From: an uncultured Bifidobacterium sp. | Lineage (GTDB): Bacteria > Verrucomicrobiota > Verrucomicrobiia > Limisphaerales > JADJPG01 | Assembly (NCBI GenBank): GCA_964491875.1 | Contig: CAZBIC010000004.1 | Span: 52,669-116,668 of the forward strand | DNA length: 64,000 bases | Direction: 5' to 3' | Shown here: positions 9,579 to 19,211 of the stretch, piece after piece | How positions within the stretch are numbered: position 1 is the stretch's first letter | How the letters are laid out: the number at the start of each line of letters is the position of its first letter | The notes under the pieces: model-generated | Databases searched by the model: none | Seen by the model: only the letters and a program-made list of their open reading frames with translations | What the model was told of the DNA's origin: nothing | Position numbers and translations under genes: made by a program

Positions 9579-10655
9579 ATGGGTGTGCCGTTTATTAGCA
9601 GCCACGCCAAGCGGCGTGATCAAGTGGTCGCCGTCGATCTGGGTGCCCGGACGACCAAGGCGGTCCATGTGCAACGTCGTGGCGAGAAATTCAATCTGGT
9701 CAACTTTGCCCTGATTGATTCTCCGGCGATCGAGAAGAACTCGTCGCCGGACGTGTTGGGAGATCATCTCAAGAATGTGTTTCGCGCCCTCGGCTGCAAG
9801 TCGAAGCAGGTGACACTCGCCTTGGGGGACTGCGATACGGTCTTCAGACAGGTCGAAGTGCCGTTGATGCCCGTCTCCGACCTGCGACGTATGCTGAAAT
9901 TTAACGCCAAGTCGTACTTGCAGCAGGACTATCCCGACCATGTCTTCGACATTCAATATGACATCGCCCTGTCCTCGCAGGGAAAAGCGGGCGACGCTGC
10001 CAAAGCGGTGGCGAGCGGCCAGAAGCAGAAGGCGTTTGTCGGAGGGATTCGCCAGCAGACTTTGAGCGGACTGCAGGCCGCGGCCAAAGCTGCTGGACTG
10101 GTAGCTGATCATGTAGTTCCGGGTGCGGTGGGGCCGGTGAACGCGTTTGAGTTGGCCGAACCGGATTCGTTCACGAAAGAGGTCGTTGCCCTGGTGGAAC
10201 TGGGATTCAAGAGCACGGCCATCACGATTTTGGATTGCGGGGAAATTCGTCTGAATCGAGTGGTTGCCATCGGTGGAGACCGTTTGACCGCCGGGCTCGC
10301 CGAATCGTTGGGCATCAGTTATCAAGAGGCTGAGAATATCAAGGTGGGCATGGCGACGGAGGTTGCCCAAAACCTTGAGCCGCTCATCCATCCTCTGGGC
10401 CGTGAGCTTCGTGCTTCGATCGATTTCTTTGAGAACCATCACGACAAGGCTGTGGGCAAGGTGTTTCTGTCCGGTGGCTCCGCCTGTGGTGAATTGATAA
10501 TCCAATCGCTGCAGACCGAATTGATGGTGCCGTGCCAGACCTGGAGTTCCACAAAGTTTCTTGAACTGACACTCCCTCCGGAGCGCATGGCGGAGGTGGA
10601 GCAGCTCGGCCCGAAATTATCGGTGGCCATTGGCGCCGCGGCTGCGTCGTTCTGA
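9579..10655 (+). CDS. pilM: Type IV pilus assembly protein PilM (actin-like ATPase fold)
   Basis: ORF 9468..10655 trimmed to ATG 9579. VVAVDLGARTTKAVHV, ALVELGFKSTAITIL and FLSGGSA motifs. Followed by pilNOPQ. Confidence 0.85.
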   Translation: MGVPFISSHAKRRDQVVAVDLGARTTKAVHVQRRGEKFNLVNFALIDSPAIEKNSSPDVLGDHLKNVFRALGCKSKQVTLALGDCDTVFRQVEVPLMPVSDLRRMLKFNAKSYLQQDYPDHVFDIQYDIALSSQGKAGDAAKAVASGQKQKAFVGGIRQQTLSGLQAAAKAAGLVADHVVPGAVGPVNAFELAEPDSFTKEVVALVELGFKSTAITILDCGEIRLNRVVAIGGDRLTAGLAESLGISYQEAENIKVGMATEVAQNLEPLIHPLGRELRASIDFFENHHDKAVGKVFLSGGSACGELIIQSLQTELMVPCQTWSSTKFLELTLPPERMAEVEQLGPKLSVAIGAAAASF

Positions 10656-10673
10656 TTTCCAGCAACTCAACCT

Positions 10674-11354
10674 ATGCCAATTCGCATCAATCTACTGGCC
10701 GAGGCGCACGCCGCGGAGGACGAACGGAGAAGGGATCCTGTCAAGCGCGGTGGTTACGTCGCGGCATTCATCGTTCTCTGCGTGGTTCTCTGGGCGGTAA
10801 TGCTCCAGTTCAAGGTCGCCAGCGCCAAGAGCGAACTTGGGCGGCTTGATGCAAAGTGGAAGACGATTGAGAAGAATTACCAGGGGGCGGTCAATGCCCA
10901 GAAGGCAAGTCTCGATGTCGATCAACGCCTGGGTGCGCTTCATCAGATGACGACCAATCGTTTCCTTTGGGGAAATGTGCTGAACGCGTTCCAGCAGACG
11001 TTGGCCAACATCGAAGGCGTGCAGGTGGTCAAGCTCAGGACGGAGCAAACCTATTTGATCGGTGAAGGCACGGCGGCGCGCACCAACGGTACGACGGTAA
11101 TTCCGGGCAAGCCGCCCACGTCGACGGAGAGAGTCTCCATGACAATTGAAGCCATGGATGTGAGTGCACAACCGGGGCGTCGCGTGAACCAATTCCGCGA
11201 GTCAATCGCCGCGGTCCCGTTCTTCAAGGAGGTTTTGAACAAGACCAATGGTGTGATGTTGCTAAGCCGCTCAGCTCCGCAGAACAGCGCCAACGGCACG
11301 CACTCGTTTGTGATGTTCAGCCTGAAGGCGACCTTCCCGGAAAAGACCCGCTAA
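10674..11354 (+). CDS. pilN: Type IV pilus assembly protein PilN-like
   Basis: N-terminal PIRINLLA motif and a single TM helix (YVAAFIVLCVVLWAVML). Position directly after pilM. Confidence 0.75.
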   Translation: MPIRINLLAEAHAAEDERRRDPVKRGGYVAAFIVLCVVLWAVMLQFKVASAKSELGRLDAKWKTIEKNYQGAVNAQKASLDVDQRLGALHQMTTNRFLWGNVLNAFQQTLANIEGVQVVKLRTEQTYLIGEGTAARTNGTTVIPGKPPTSTERVSMTIEAMDVSAQPGRRVNQFRESIAAVPFFKEVLNKTNGVMLLSRSAPQNSANGTHSFVMFSLKATFPEKTR

Positions 11355-11355
11355 G

Positions 11356-11958
11356 ATGAAAAATTTGCCAAAAGAGAAGCGTGATCGCCTGATCCTCCTA
11401 GTGATCGGCACCTTGGTGGTGGTCGTAGGTCTCTACTATGGCTTGATTACGATGCAGCAGAAATCGCTGCAAGAGACGGCCAAGAAGAAGATCGAACAGG
11501 AAACGAAGCTCGGCAACGGCCAGCGAATTGTGGGCAACTCAGCGAAGTTTCAAGAAGCGCTGGATGCCGCCACGGCCAAGGTGAAGGCGATTGAATCCAC
11601 GATGCCTTCTGGAGACATCTACTCCTGGATTATTCTTACGATCAATACCTTCGTAAACTCGTTCAACGAGACTCATCAATCCCACATCGATATTCCCCAG
11701 TTCAGCCGTGAAGTATCGTGTGACATCGGAATGTTCGGCAAGTTTCCCTATCGCGCCGCTAGTTTTGTGCTCCGGGGTACGGCGCACTACCATGACTTTG
11801 GACGCTTCGTCTCGGACTTCGAAAACACATTTCCATACATGCGGATTCAAAACATTGATCTCGAACCTAGTCCGGTGACCAGTTCTTCGAGTCCGGACGA
11901 TGTAGAACGGCTGCAGTTCAAGATTGAAGTAGTCACTCCAGTGAATGTTCCGAACTAA
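11356..11958 (+). CDS. pilO: Type IV pilus assembly protein PilO-like
   Basis: Start is 1 nt after the pilN stop. N-terminal TM (LILLVIGTLVVVVGLYYGLI) plus a coiled-coil. Call is positional. Confidence 0.6.
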   Translation: MKNLPKEKRDRLILLVIGTLVVVVGLYYGLITMQQKSLQETAKKKIEQETKLGNGQRIVGNSAKFQEALDAATAKVKAIESTMPSGDIYSWIILTINTFVNSFNETHQSHIDIPQFSREVSCDIGMFGKFPYRAASFVLRGTAHYHDFGRFVSDFENTFPYMRIQNIDLEPSPVTSSSSPDDVERLQFKIEVVTPVNVPN

Positions 11959-11973
11959 ACCCGAGGAGCTGCC

Positions 11974-12438
11974 ATGAGTCATACCATTTTTCACGTTTTC
12001 ATACTGGCGGGTGTTTTTATCTCTGGTTCAGCCGGCATCGCTGCGCCGGGAAACACGATCGCCGACGGATCGCCTCTCGCCCCGGCGGGCGCGCCACGTT
12101 CCACGTTTGTGAACGAGCCGGCGGAAACGGGATTCGGAAAGGATCCGTTTTATCCTAAGAGCACCCGGCTGACGCGCAGCAAGGTGACGAAAACTGAGGT
12201 GGACGTTCCTCTTCCTCCCGATTTTCCGACGGAATTGGTCCTGAAGGGAATCTCCCTTGTCGCAGGCAAGAAGCTCGCGATCATCAATTACCTGACTGTC
12301 GCCGAGTTGGAGGATTTTTCCATCCGGGTTGCCGGCAAACAAATCAAGGGGCAGTGCCTGGAGATCAAGGAAAAGAGCGCGTTGGTGAAGGTGAATGGCA
12401 TCACCAAGGAAATTCCGCTCCGTCCGGGTCTGCAATAA
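11974..12438 (+). CDS. PilP-like pilus assembly protein
   Basis: Signal/anchor sequence and a small beta-rich C-terminal domain. Sits between the pilO-like gene and the secretin. Call is positional. Confidence 0.5.
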   Translation: MSHTIFHVFILAGVFISGSAGIAAPGNTIADGSPLAPAGAPRSTFVNEPAETGFGKDPFYPKSTRLTRSKVTKTEVDVPLPPDFPTELVLKGISLVAGKKLAIINYLTVAELEDFSIRVAGKQIKGQCLEIKEKSALVKVNGITKEIPLRPGLQ

Positions 12439-12491
12439 ACATTTTATCAACATTCATACACGAAACGATTTAGTTCCTAACCACCACCACT

Positions 12492-14120
12492 ATGAACAAG
12501 AAACTCACAGCACTCATCCTCGGTCTTGCGACCAGCGGCCTGACCTCCTATGGCCAGGATAACAATCCTCCACCTCCTCCGCCGTTGGACAACGTCAAGC
12601 CTGCCGAGACGCCAACGGTGACCTCGCCCGTGGTGTCTCCCGTGGTCGAAGTTCCGGCTGCGACTCCGACCGTGCCTGAGTCGACGCCGGTGGTTGCTCC
12701 GGTTGATGGCGCTGTGACGGTTGCCGCCCGGGAGACCGCTGCTGCACAACCTTCCGGTGGTGCTGCCAGCAAGGCGGAAGAGACAGTTCCATTGATTGTG
12801 ATTGATGATGTTCCGCTGACCGATGCGATTCGCAATCTGGCGCGCCAGTCGGCGTTGAACTTTCAGTTTGATCCTCGCGTCACGACTTCCAACCAACCGA
12901 ACGTCAGCATTCGATTCGAGAATGTCAGTGCACAGGAAGCGCTGCTGGCGGTGCTCGACAACTACAGCCTCGTTCTGGTGAAGGACAACAAGTCGAAAAT
13001 CGCCCGCGTGACAATCAAAGATCCGAAGGCTGAAGATCCGCTCGTGGCGAAGATCGTGCAGTTGAAGTACAGCGAGCCCACCAATCTGGTTGGTATCGTC
13101 AAGACGACGCTCTCCAGCCGCAGCACCGTGGTTGCCGATGCGCGAACGAGCCAGCTAATCATCAATACAACGGAGAAGGAAGTGGATGGAGTATTCAATC
13201 TGATCAAGACGTTGGATACTCCGACCAAGCAGGTGTTGATTGAGGCCAAGTTGATTGAAACCTCCAAGGCGCCCAGTTCGATCAAAGGCATTGATTGGAG
13301 TGGTACTCTTTCGGCTCAGAAGTTCGCATTCGGCAACAATACTCAGTCAAAGCCGGGTGAAGATAAGGAAAGCGATAACAAACCCCTGGCTACACGGTGG
13401 CCTCGTGTGATGGTGGATACTGCAAAGGGATTCAATCCGGCTACTGCGTTCCTCGACGCTGATGGCGTCAGCGCGGTGTTGTCCTTCCTGAACAGGGATA
13501 CAGATACGGAAGTTGTCGCGACGCCTCGTGCCGTCACCTTGGACAACCAGACGGCGACCCTGTCCGTTACGCGTGCGTTTCCCATCTTCCAGGTCACGCC
13601 GGGTTCGGCCAACTCGCCGGCTGGTGCCACGGTTACATACACCAACCTTGGTGCGATTCTCTATGTCACGCCGCGTATTGCTGCTGATAACAACGTCTCC
13701 CTGAAGGTTGTTCCCGAAGTGTCGAACATCGATGGCCGCGATGAGCAGACCCTCAATGGCCAGCCGAATACTGCGAACATCTACGCCATTCGCCGTATTG
13801 AAACATCGGTGATGATTCCTAGCGGCAGCACTCTGGTCATGGGCGGTTTGGTGAATGATACCCGCACCAAGAGCTTCACCAAGGTGCCTCTTCTCGGTGA
13901 CATTCCGTTCGCAGGCCTCGCATTCCGCAAGGAAGGAAAAACCCGCAATAAGCAGAACCTTCTGATATTCGTTACGCCGACGATTGTTGACGACGGCGAT
14001 TATCAGGCCAACGCCAGCGGACGTGTCTTTTTGCAGAGTCGTCCGACGGAGTCTCCTGAGCCGAAGGAAACCGCATGGGACAGCGGCAAACCTCACGATT
14101 GGACCCAACCCGCCCGCTAA
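12492..14120 (+). CDS. pilQ: Type IV pilus secretin PilQ
   Basis: Signal peptide, Pro/Thr/Val-rich linker, and secretin C-domain PLLGDIPFAGLAFRKEGKTRNKQNLLIFVTPTIV. Confidence 0.9.
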   Translation: MNKKLTALILGLATSGLTSYGQDNNPPPPPPLDNVKPAETPTVTSPVVSPVVEVPAATPTVPESTPVVAPVDGAVTVAARETAAAQPSGGAASKAEETVPLIVIDDVPLTDAIRNLARQSALNFQFDPRVTTSNQPNVSIRFENVSAQEALLAVLDNYSLVLVKDNKSKIARVTIKDPKAEDPLVAKIVQLKYSEPTNLVGIVKTTLSSRSTVVADARTSQLIINTTEKEVDGVFNLIKTLDTPTKQVLIEAKLIETSKAPSSIKGIDWSGTLSAQKFAFGNNTQSKPGEDKESDNKPLATRWPRVMVDTAKGFNPATAFLDADGVSAVLSFLNRDTDTEVVATPRAVTLDNQTATLSVTRAFPIFQVTPGSANSPAGATVTYTNLGAILYVTPRIAADNNVSLKVVPEVSNIDGRDEQTLNGQPNTANIYAIRRIETSVMIPSGSTLVMGGLVNDTRTKSFTKVPLLGDIPFAGLAFRKEGKTRNKQNLLIFVTPTIVDDGDYQANASGRVFLQSRPTESPEPKETAWDSGKPHDWTQPAR

Positions 14121-14183
14121 TGGATGAGTGGCAGTGCTTCGATTGAAGTAATAACGAGCAGCTTCCAACTCAATTAAAATACC

Positions 14184-15032
14184 ATGAAAAATAACTTCCT
14201 TCAAAAACGGCTCCTGTCGATCGCCGGCCCGGCTGTGGCCTTGGTGATTGCCGGTGCGGCCGTCCAAACTCGGGCGGCGGCCTTCGATTCGCCAGTCGGT
14301 GACTGGGATTTCTCTTTCACCGGATCGGAGAAGGGCGTCGCGCAAATCACGTTCCTCGGTGACAACACCCTGACGGGTTTTGAAATCCTCACTCCGGGAA
14401 AGCCATTGTCCAGCGGGACAGTGCCAGACACGAATCCTCGTGGTGGCATATTCAATGAAACGACTGATCCCCGGACCGGTCAGCCGAACTCCGGTTCTTC
14501 AGGTACTAATAAGTTTGTTTGGGGCGGGGTCCTCATCGACGGATACTGGGGTTTCGATTCTAAGGGAAAAGTTGTCGGCACGGTGACATTCACCTCCTCA
14601 GCCAGCACCAATGGGATGAGTTTCATCGGCACAGTGACGGCGGGCACTCGAATGACGCTTCGCGCTTCCGATGAAACCGGGGGAATGATCTACCGTGGCG
14701 TGCCGCGCGTGGGTCTTACGGATATTTCCGGTGACTACACGGCCTCTGGAAAAAAGGGTCGGTCCCGTCACAATGGTTTCTTCACCCTGAGTGCTTCGGG
14801 TGATCCGAATATCTATGAAGTCGTTGCGCACGGACCGGGCTACGATGGTGCTGGTTTCGCTTTGCTGACGTCGAACAACAAGCTCGGCATCTATTACGAA
14901 ATCGGTGAGACGAATCCCGCGATCGTTGCCCTTAGCGGTTCGTTTAATGCCACGCGCTTGAAAGGTTCTATAAGCGGGACCGATGGAACGAATAATATCT
15001 CGCTCAAGCTCATTCAGCCGCAGCTCGACTGA
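14184..15032 (+). CDS. Secreted hypothetical protein, last gene of the pilMNOPQ transcription unit
   Basis: Signal peptide (LLSIAGPAVALVIAGAAVQTRAAA) and a Gly/Thr/Ser-rich, beta-type sequence. No family recognised. A strong terminator follows. Confidence 0.6.
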   Translation: MKNNFLQKRLLSIAGPAVALVIAGAAVQTRAAAFDSPVGDWDFSFTGSEKGVAQITFLGDNTLTGFEILTPGKPLSSGTVPDTNPRGGIFNETTDPRTGQPNSGSSGTNKFVWGGVLIDGYWGFDSKGKVVGTVTFTSSASTNGMSFIGTVTAGTRMTLRASDETGGMIYRGVPRVGLTDISGDYTASGKKGRSRHNGFFTLSASGDPNIYEVVAHGPGYDGAGFALLTSNNKLGIYYEIGETNPAIVALSGSFNATRLKGSISGTDGTNNISLKLIQPQLD

Positions 15033-15058
15033 CCGTTGCCAAGAATTCCTCCGCACAA

Positions 15059-15083
15059 GCCGCCCGGAAACGGGCGGCTTTTT
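15059..15083 (+). terminator. Rho-independent terminator, likely bidirectional
   Basis: GCCGCCCG-GAAA-CGGGCGGC followed by TTTTT. It lies between the convergent 14184..15032 (+) and 15083..16537 (-) genes. Confidence 0.8.
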
Positions 15084-16537
15084 CATTGGATCGCCAGCCC
15101 CTGACGGATGCCGAATTTCTCCACCCGTTTGCGCAGGGTGGCGCGCGTAATGCCAAGCAGTTTGGCGGCTTGAACCTGGTTTCCCTGAGTTTCAATAAGC
15201 GCTTGAATGACCAACTCGCGTTCGACGGCAGGTATCACCTTGAGCTTCGAATCCAAACGGGCCCGGTGGAATAGAGCCTTGGCCAGAGTGGCGACATCTG
15301 CGTTCTCGAGGCGTGCGACACTGTTTGAATCGCCGGAATGAGAGTCGGTGGACGCCGCCTGATGGCGCGGAGTCGTGAGCTCAGGAGGGAGATCGGATGG
15401 CAGGATGGCGTCTCCTTTGGTGACCACCAACGCGCGGCGCATCACGTTCTCGAGTTCACGCACGTTGCCTGGCCAATGGTAGCCTTCTAGGAGGGACAGG
15501 ACGTCTTGGGAGATGGATTTCGGTGACTGGCCTTGTTCCTGGGCAAACTTCTTCAAGAAATAGTTTACCAGCAGGCGGACATCTTCGCGGCGGTCGCGCA
15601 ACGGGGGCATCGCGATGCGAACGACGTTCAGGCGATAGAACAGGTCTTCCCGGAACTCCTTCGTCGCCACAGCCGCCTCCAGCGGCTTGTTGGTCGCGGC
15701 GATGACGCGGACGTCGACCTTGATGGGTTGGTTTCCACCGACGCGTTCGAACGTTCCCGATTGCAGCACGCGCAGGATCTTTGTTTGCGTGGCGAGGGTC
15801 ATGTCGCCGATTTCGTCGAGGAAGATCGTGCCGTGATTGCATTGCTCGAACTTGCCGATGCGCTGGTTGGTCGCGCCCGTGAACGCGCCGCGTTCGTGGC
15901 CGAATAGTTCGCTCTCCAGCAAGTTCTCTGGAATGGCAGCGCAGTTGATGGCGAGGAACGCTTGCCCCGCCCGCTGGCTGTGACTGTAGATTGCTCGCGC
16001 AACGAGTTCCTTGCCGGTGCCGCTCTCTCCCGTGATCAGCGCGGTCGCGTCCGAGGCGGAAAGCTGGCCGATAAGCTTGAAGACATTCTGCATCTGCTCG
16101 CAGCGGCCGACGATGCCGAGATCGTAATCTTCGGATTCCAGCAGCGGCTGATACGAGACGACCTGCTTCATCGCGCGTGCGGCCTTGAGGGCATCGAAGA
16201 CGATTTGTTTGAGCTTCGGCACGTCGAACGGTTTGAGCAAATAGTCGTAGGCGCCCAGTTTCATCGCCTCGATCGCGGTCTGCGTGGTGCCGTAGGCCGT
16301 CATCATGATCACGGGCAGCTTGGCATCGAGCTGGCGGAGACGGCGGAGCGTTTCGAGACCGTTGATGCCGCCCATGCGGATGTCCATGATCACCAGATTC
16401 GGTTTCAGCTTGGGGATGATGCGGAGACTTTCCTCGCCACTGGTGGCGGTGGTGAGCTCAATTTCCGGTGAATCAAAGATTCGTCGGAATGAGTATTGAA
16501 CGTCGGCTTCGTCGTCGATCAGAAGTAATTTATCCAT
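15083..16537 (-). CDS. Sigma54-dependent response regulator (NtrC family enhancer-binding protein)
   Basis: ORF trimmed to ATG 16537 (MDKLLLIDDEADV). REC domain, AAA+ GESGTGKELVARAIY, ESELFGHERGAFTGA (GAFTGA loop), and C-terminal Fis-type HTH AAKLLGITRATLRKRVEKFGI. Confidence 0.9.
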   Translation of the reverse strand: MDKLLLIDDEADVQYSFRRIFDSPEIELTTATSGEESLRIIPKLKPNLVIMDIRMGGINGLETLRRLRQLDAKLPVIMMTAYGTTQTAIEAMKLGAYDYLLKPFDVPKLKQIVFDALKAARAMKQVVSYQPLLESEDYDLGIVGRCEQMQNVFKLIGQLSASDATALITGESGTGKELVARAIYSHSQRAGQAFLAINCAAIPENLLESELFGHERGAFTGATNQRIGKFEQCNHGTIFLDEIGDMTLATQTKILRVLQSGTFERVGGNQPIKVDVRVIAATNKPLEAAVATKEFREDLFYRLNVVRIAMPPLRDRREDVRLLVNYFLKKFAQEQGQSPKSISQDVLSLLEGYHWPGNVRELENVMRRALVVTKGDAILPSDLPPELTTPRHQAASTDSHSGDSNSVARLENADVATLAKALFHRARLDSKLKVIPAVERELVIQALIETQGNQVQAAKLLGITRATLRKRVEKFGIRQGLAIQ

Positions 16538-16621
16538 GCCAGTGCGAGTTAGTGATACGTGATGCCGGGGAGCTGGAAAGGAAATAATTGGAACTTCGCT
16601 CCGGCTTCCGACCAAAGCGGG

Positions 16622-17722
16622 TCAGGCACCGCGGGTTTGTTCGAGATTGATCGGGACAATGTCTTTCCGGTCTTTCATGGTCAGATAGACCAACCCTCCG
16701 ATAAGGCTCCAGAAAAGACTGCCGGCGTAGGCGAGCAGGGAAAGTGACAGCGCGGCAGTGGGATCGACGCCGATCACATAAAGCATCTGCACGAACATAT
16801 TCTCGCGGACTCCGAGGCCATTTGGAGAGATCGGCAGGGCAGAGATGCAGATGACGATGGGAACGGCGACGAACATGACCGTCGTTGAAACAGGAATGTT
16901 CATGCCGCGCGCGAGAACGATGAATTGTGCGACGCAAGCTGTGTTAAGGAGCATCGACGTGGTGAGTGACTTGACCACGAACCCACGGGATTGGCCGAAC
17001 AGCTTGCAGGAGTCGAGCGTTCGCTCCAGCCATTCGCCCTTCGGGAGCCTTCTCAACCAATCGCGGGCGCCGGACCAGCGTCGCGATACACCGCCCCAAA
17101 AGGCGGTTCCTAGAACTACGGAGCCGGAGAGCATCATGAGGACGACGATTCCCGCCATCGGACGAATCCACGAGTCCCTCGCGATCAATTCGGTGTTGAA
17201 TACCATCATGGCGGAGGCGAAGAGCAGCATCGCCCAGAGTCCAATGAGGCGATCCACCACGACGGTGAGGACGGCGTTCGTCTTTTTGTTCTGAGCGTCA
17301 CGCACTGCGTACCACGCCTTCATCAGGTCGCCGCCGTTCGAGCCCAACAGCACTGAGTTAAAGAAATGGGCTACAAATGAAATTTGCGTGATCCGCTGCC
17401 AGCTGACGTTCAGGCCTTGTGCTTGCAGGGCGAATCGCCACCGCACCACGCCAAGGAACAGGGTGGAGCCCATGAAGAGCAGTGAGATGACGAAATGGAG
17501 GCGGGGAACTTTCGTGAGCGTGCGTCCCAGTTCACCGGGACCTATGGCCCAACCCTGACGCCACTGCTCCGTGCGGGGAAGTTCATTGAACGCTATCTCG
17601 CCCTCCTTTTCGAGGGCCTTGTGCTTTTCGCGCGCTTCGTTGACGAAAATGCTGTGAAACACCCAGACGAGCAGCAGGAGGCAAAGTCCAATCCTCCATG
17701 TCTTTTGCCACAGTTTCTTCAC
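16622..17722 (-). CDS. Flippase-like membrane protein (lysylphosphatidylglycerol-synthase TM-domain / UPF0104 type)
   Basis: GTG start. About 8 TM helices, N-terminal KKLWQKTWRIGLCLLLLVWVF. General resemblance to the UPF0104 family. Confidence 0.7.
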   Translation of the reverse strand: MKKLWQKTWRIGLCLLLLVWVFHSIFVNEAREKHKALEKEGEIAFNELPRTEQWRQGWAIGPGELGRTLTKVPRLHFVISLLFMGSTLFLGVVRWRFALQAQGLNVSWQRITQISFVAHFFNSVLLGSNGGDLMKAWYAVRDAQNKKTNAVLTVVVDRLIGLWAMLLFASAMMVFNTELIARDSWIRPMAGIVVLMMLSGSVVLGTAFWGGVSRRWSGARDWLRRLPKGEWLERTLDSCKLFGQSRGFVVKSLTTSMLLNTACVAQFIVLARGMNIPVSTTVMFVAVPIVICISALPISPNGLGVRENMFVQMLYVIGVDPTAALSLSLLAYAGSLFWSLIGGLVYLTMKDRKDIVPINLEQTRGA

Positions 17723-17735
17723 TCGGATACAGGTG

Positions 17736-18650
17736 CTATTCGGAGCCCCAAATCGACTTCAGCTTCTCAATGCCACCTTTGGCATCCGCTGGACTCAGAG
17801 ACGGGCTGAGTTCGAACACTTTCAGGTGATCGGGTTTCACCAAGGGCTTGAGCGCTTCCCAATCGATGGTGCCCTTGCCGGGCGGGCGATGATCGCGCCC
17901 TGGAAATTCAACATCATGCACGTGGAACCCGTAGAGGCGCGCCTGCATGGATTCGAGATGGGCCTTGTGATTGATGAAGCCGAGATTCTCTTTGATCTGC
18001 GCATGCCCTGTGTCGTGCCAGTAAACGACGGTGGGATCGCGAAGCTCGCTCATGAACAGCGAGTAGTCGCTCTCGAACGGAATTTCCTCGAGCGCCTCGC
18101 GATTCTCGATGCCTAGCTTGATGCCTCGGGGTTTGGCTTCGTCCACGATGCGACGTATGGACTCCAGCGCGTTCTCCATGTAACGAGCCTTCTTCTTTTC
18201 GCGGACCTCGCGCACTTCGCGGCAAAGCTTTTCAAACTTGGGGGAATCCTTTTTCCCCTCGCCGACCATTTCGATCAACGTGTCGGTGTAGTCCTTCATG
18301 TCGACGCAGCCGGTGTGAAGGACGACGAGTTTGGCCTTTACCCGGACGGCGGTCTCCAGCGTCTTCACCGTGTGTTTGAAGGCGCTCTCGCGTTCGCGGC
18401 GATCTTCGGACGAGAACTTGTAGATGTTCGGCGCGGCGCGATCGACGCCCATGGGCAGGGGGCAAAAATTGTGGAGGCTGGAAATCTTGATTTCGCCGGC
18501 TTCGACGGCTTCAAAGATACCCGGCAACAGGCTGATGCGGATGCCGTGGCTCAATTCGGCATACTCGAATCCCAGATCGCGAATCTCGCGCAACATGGCG
18601 CGGCCATCGGTGTGGCGATGCGAGTTCCAGCAGGTCGACAACGAATACAT
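17736..18650 (-). CDS. Sugar phosphate isomerase/epimerase (xylose-isomerase-like TIM barrel)
   Basis: 304 aa. FEYAELSH, KLVVLHTG, KLGIEN and WHDTGHAQ metal-ligand-type motifs typical of the AP-endonuclease-2/XI-like TIM barrel. Confidence 0.8.
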   Translation of the reverse strand: MYSLSTCWNSHRHTDGRAMLREIRDLGFEYAELSHGIRISLLPGIFEAVEAGEIKISSLHNFCPLPMGVDRAAPNIYKFSSEDRRERESAFKHTVKTLETAVRVKAKLVVLHTGCVDMKDYTDTLIEMVGEGKKDSPKFEKLCREVREVREKKKARYMENALESIRRIVDEAKPRGIKLGIENREALEEIPFESDYSLFMSELRDPTVVYWHDTGHAQIKENLGFINHKAHLESMQARLYGFHVHDVEFPGRDHRPPGKGTIDWEALKPLVKPDHLKVFELSPSLSPADAKGGIEKLKSIWGSE

Positions 18651-18740
18651 ACGAGACGGAATTTAATGCAAAATGGTCTGGGGACAAAGCGCGGACTGGA
18701 AGACGGGCCCAGGGCCGCAGTCGTTTCACCTCCAAGCGCC

Positions 18741-18780
18741 AATAAAAAGCCGGGTGGGGATTTCAAGGCCCACACCCGGC
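18741..18780 (-). terminator. Rho-independent terminator downstream of rpsU
   Basis: The minus strand reads GCCGGGTGTGGGCCTTGAAATCCCCACCCGGC followed by TTTTTATT. Confidence 0.7.
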
Positions 18781-18807
18781 ATGCAAAGTTCGGACAATCG
18801 GAAGTGA

Positions 18808-19005
18808 TTACAAGTCGGCGTAACGCGCAGCCAGCATCGCGGAGAACCGCGCTACCTTTTCCTTACGGCGGCGACGTTCACTCGGCTTTTCAAAATGCCG
18901 GTGATTACGAACTTCTTTCAGGGTGCCTTCGCGGTCGATTTTCTTTTTCAACCGGCGCAACGCCCGATCCACTGATTCACCTTTTTTTAACCTGATTTCG
19001 GTCAA
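18808..19005 (-). CDS. rpsU: 30S ribosomal protein S21
   Basis: 65 aa. TEIRLKKGESVDRALRRLKKKIDREG...HFEKPSERRRRKEK. TTG start, with an in-frame stop 3 codons upstream. Confidence 0.9.
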   Translation of the reverse strand: MTEIRLKKGESVDRALRRLKKKIDREGTLKEVRNHRHFEKPSERRRRKEKVARFSAMLAARYADL

Positions 19006-19211
19006 CTTAACTCACTTCCTTCCTGGGACGGGAAGCTGGAACTCATGCAACAACTGCAAAGCCCGCTTCAAGTCGGGCCGGAAGCGTATGAATCGGGGTG
19101 GGGGTTGTCAACGGTCAAAACCGGATCGTTTGATCGATCGGAACCTCAGTTCCCTGACAACGGCGCTTGCAGAATGCGAACTCCTGTCTTACGGTCCGAT
19201 CAGTAGAAGCC

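Noticed and set aside
17736-18650. The xylose-isomerase-like TIM-barrel gene as the missing EboE partner of the EboD/EboF-like pair
   Set aside because: It is 40 kb away, on the other strand, and embedded in a different operon with a flippase-like protein and a sigma54 activator. TIM-barrel isomerases are abundant, so there is no sequence-level support for the link.
19006-19211. Heat-shock regulatory element (CIRCE, HAIR, sigma32 promoter) in the rpsU/hsp20 divergent region
   Set aside because: No CIRCE (TTAGCACTC-N9-GAGTGCTAA) or HAIR inverted repeat is present. CTTGCA...N... sequences are only loose sigma32 -35 matches, and the small stems (GCCCG-N8-CGGGC) are unremarkable.
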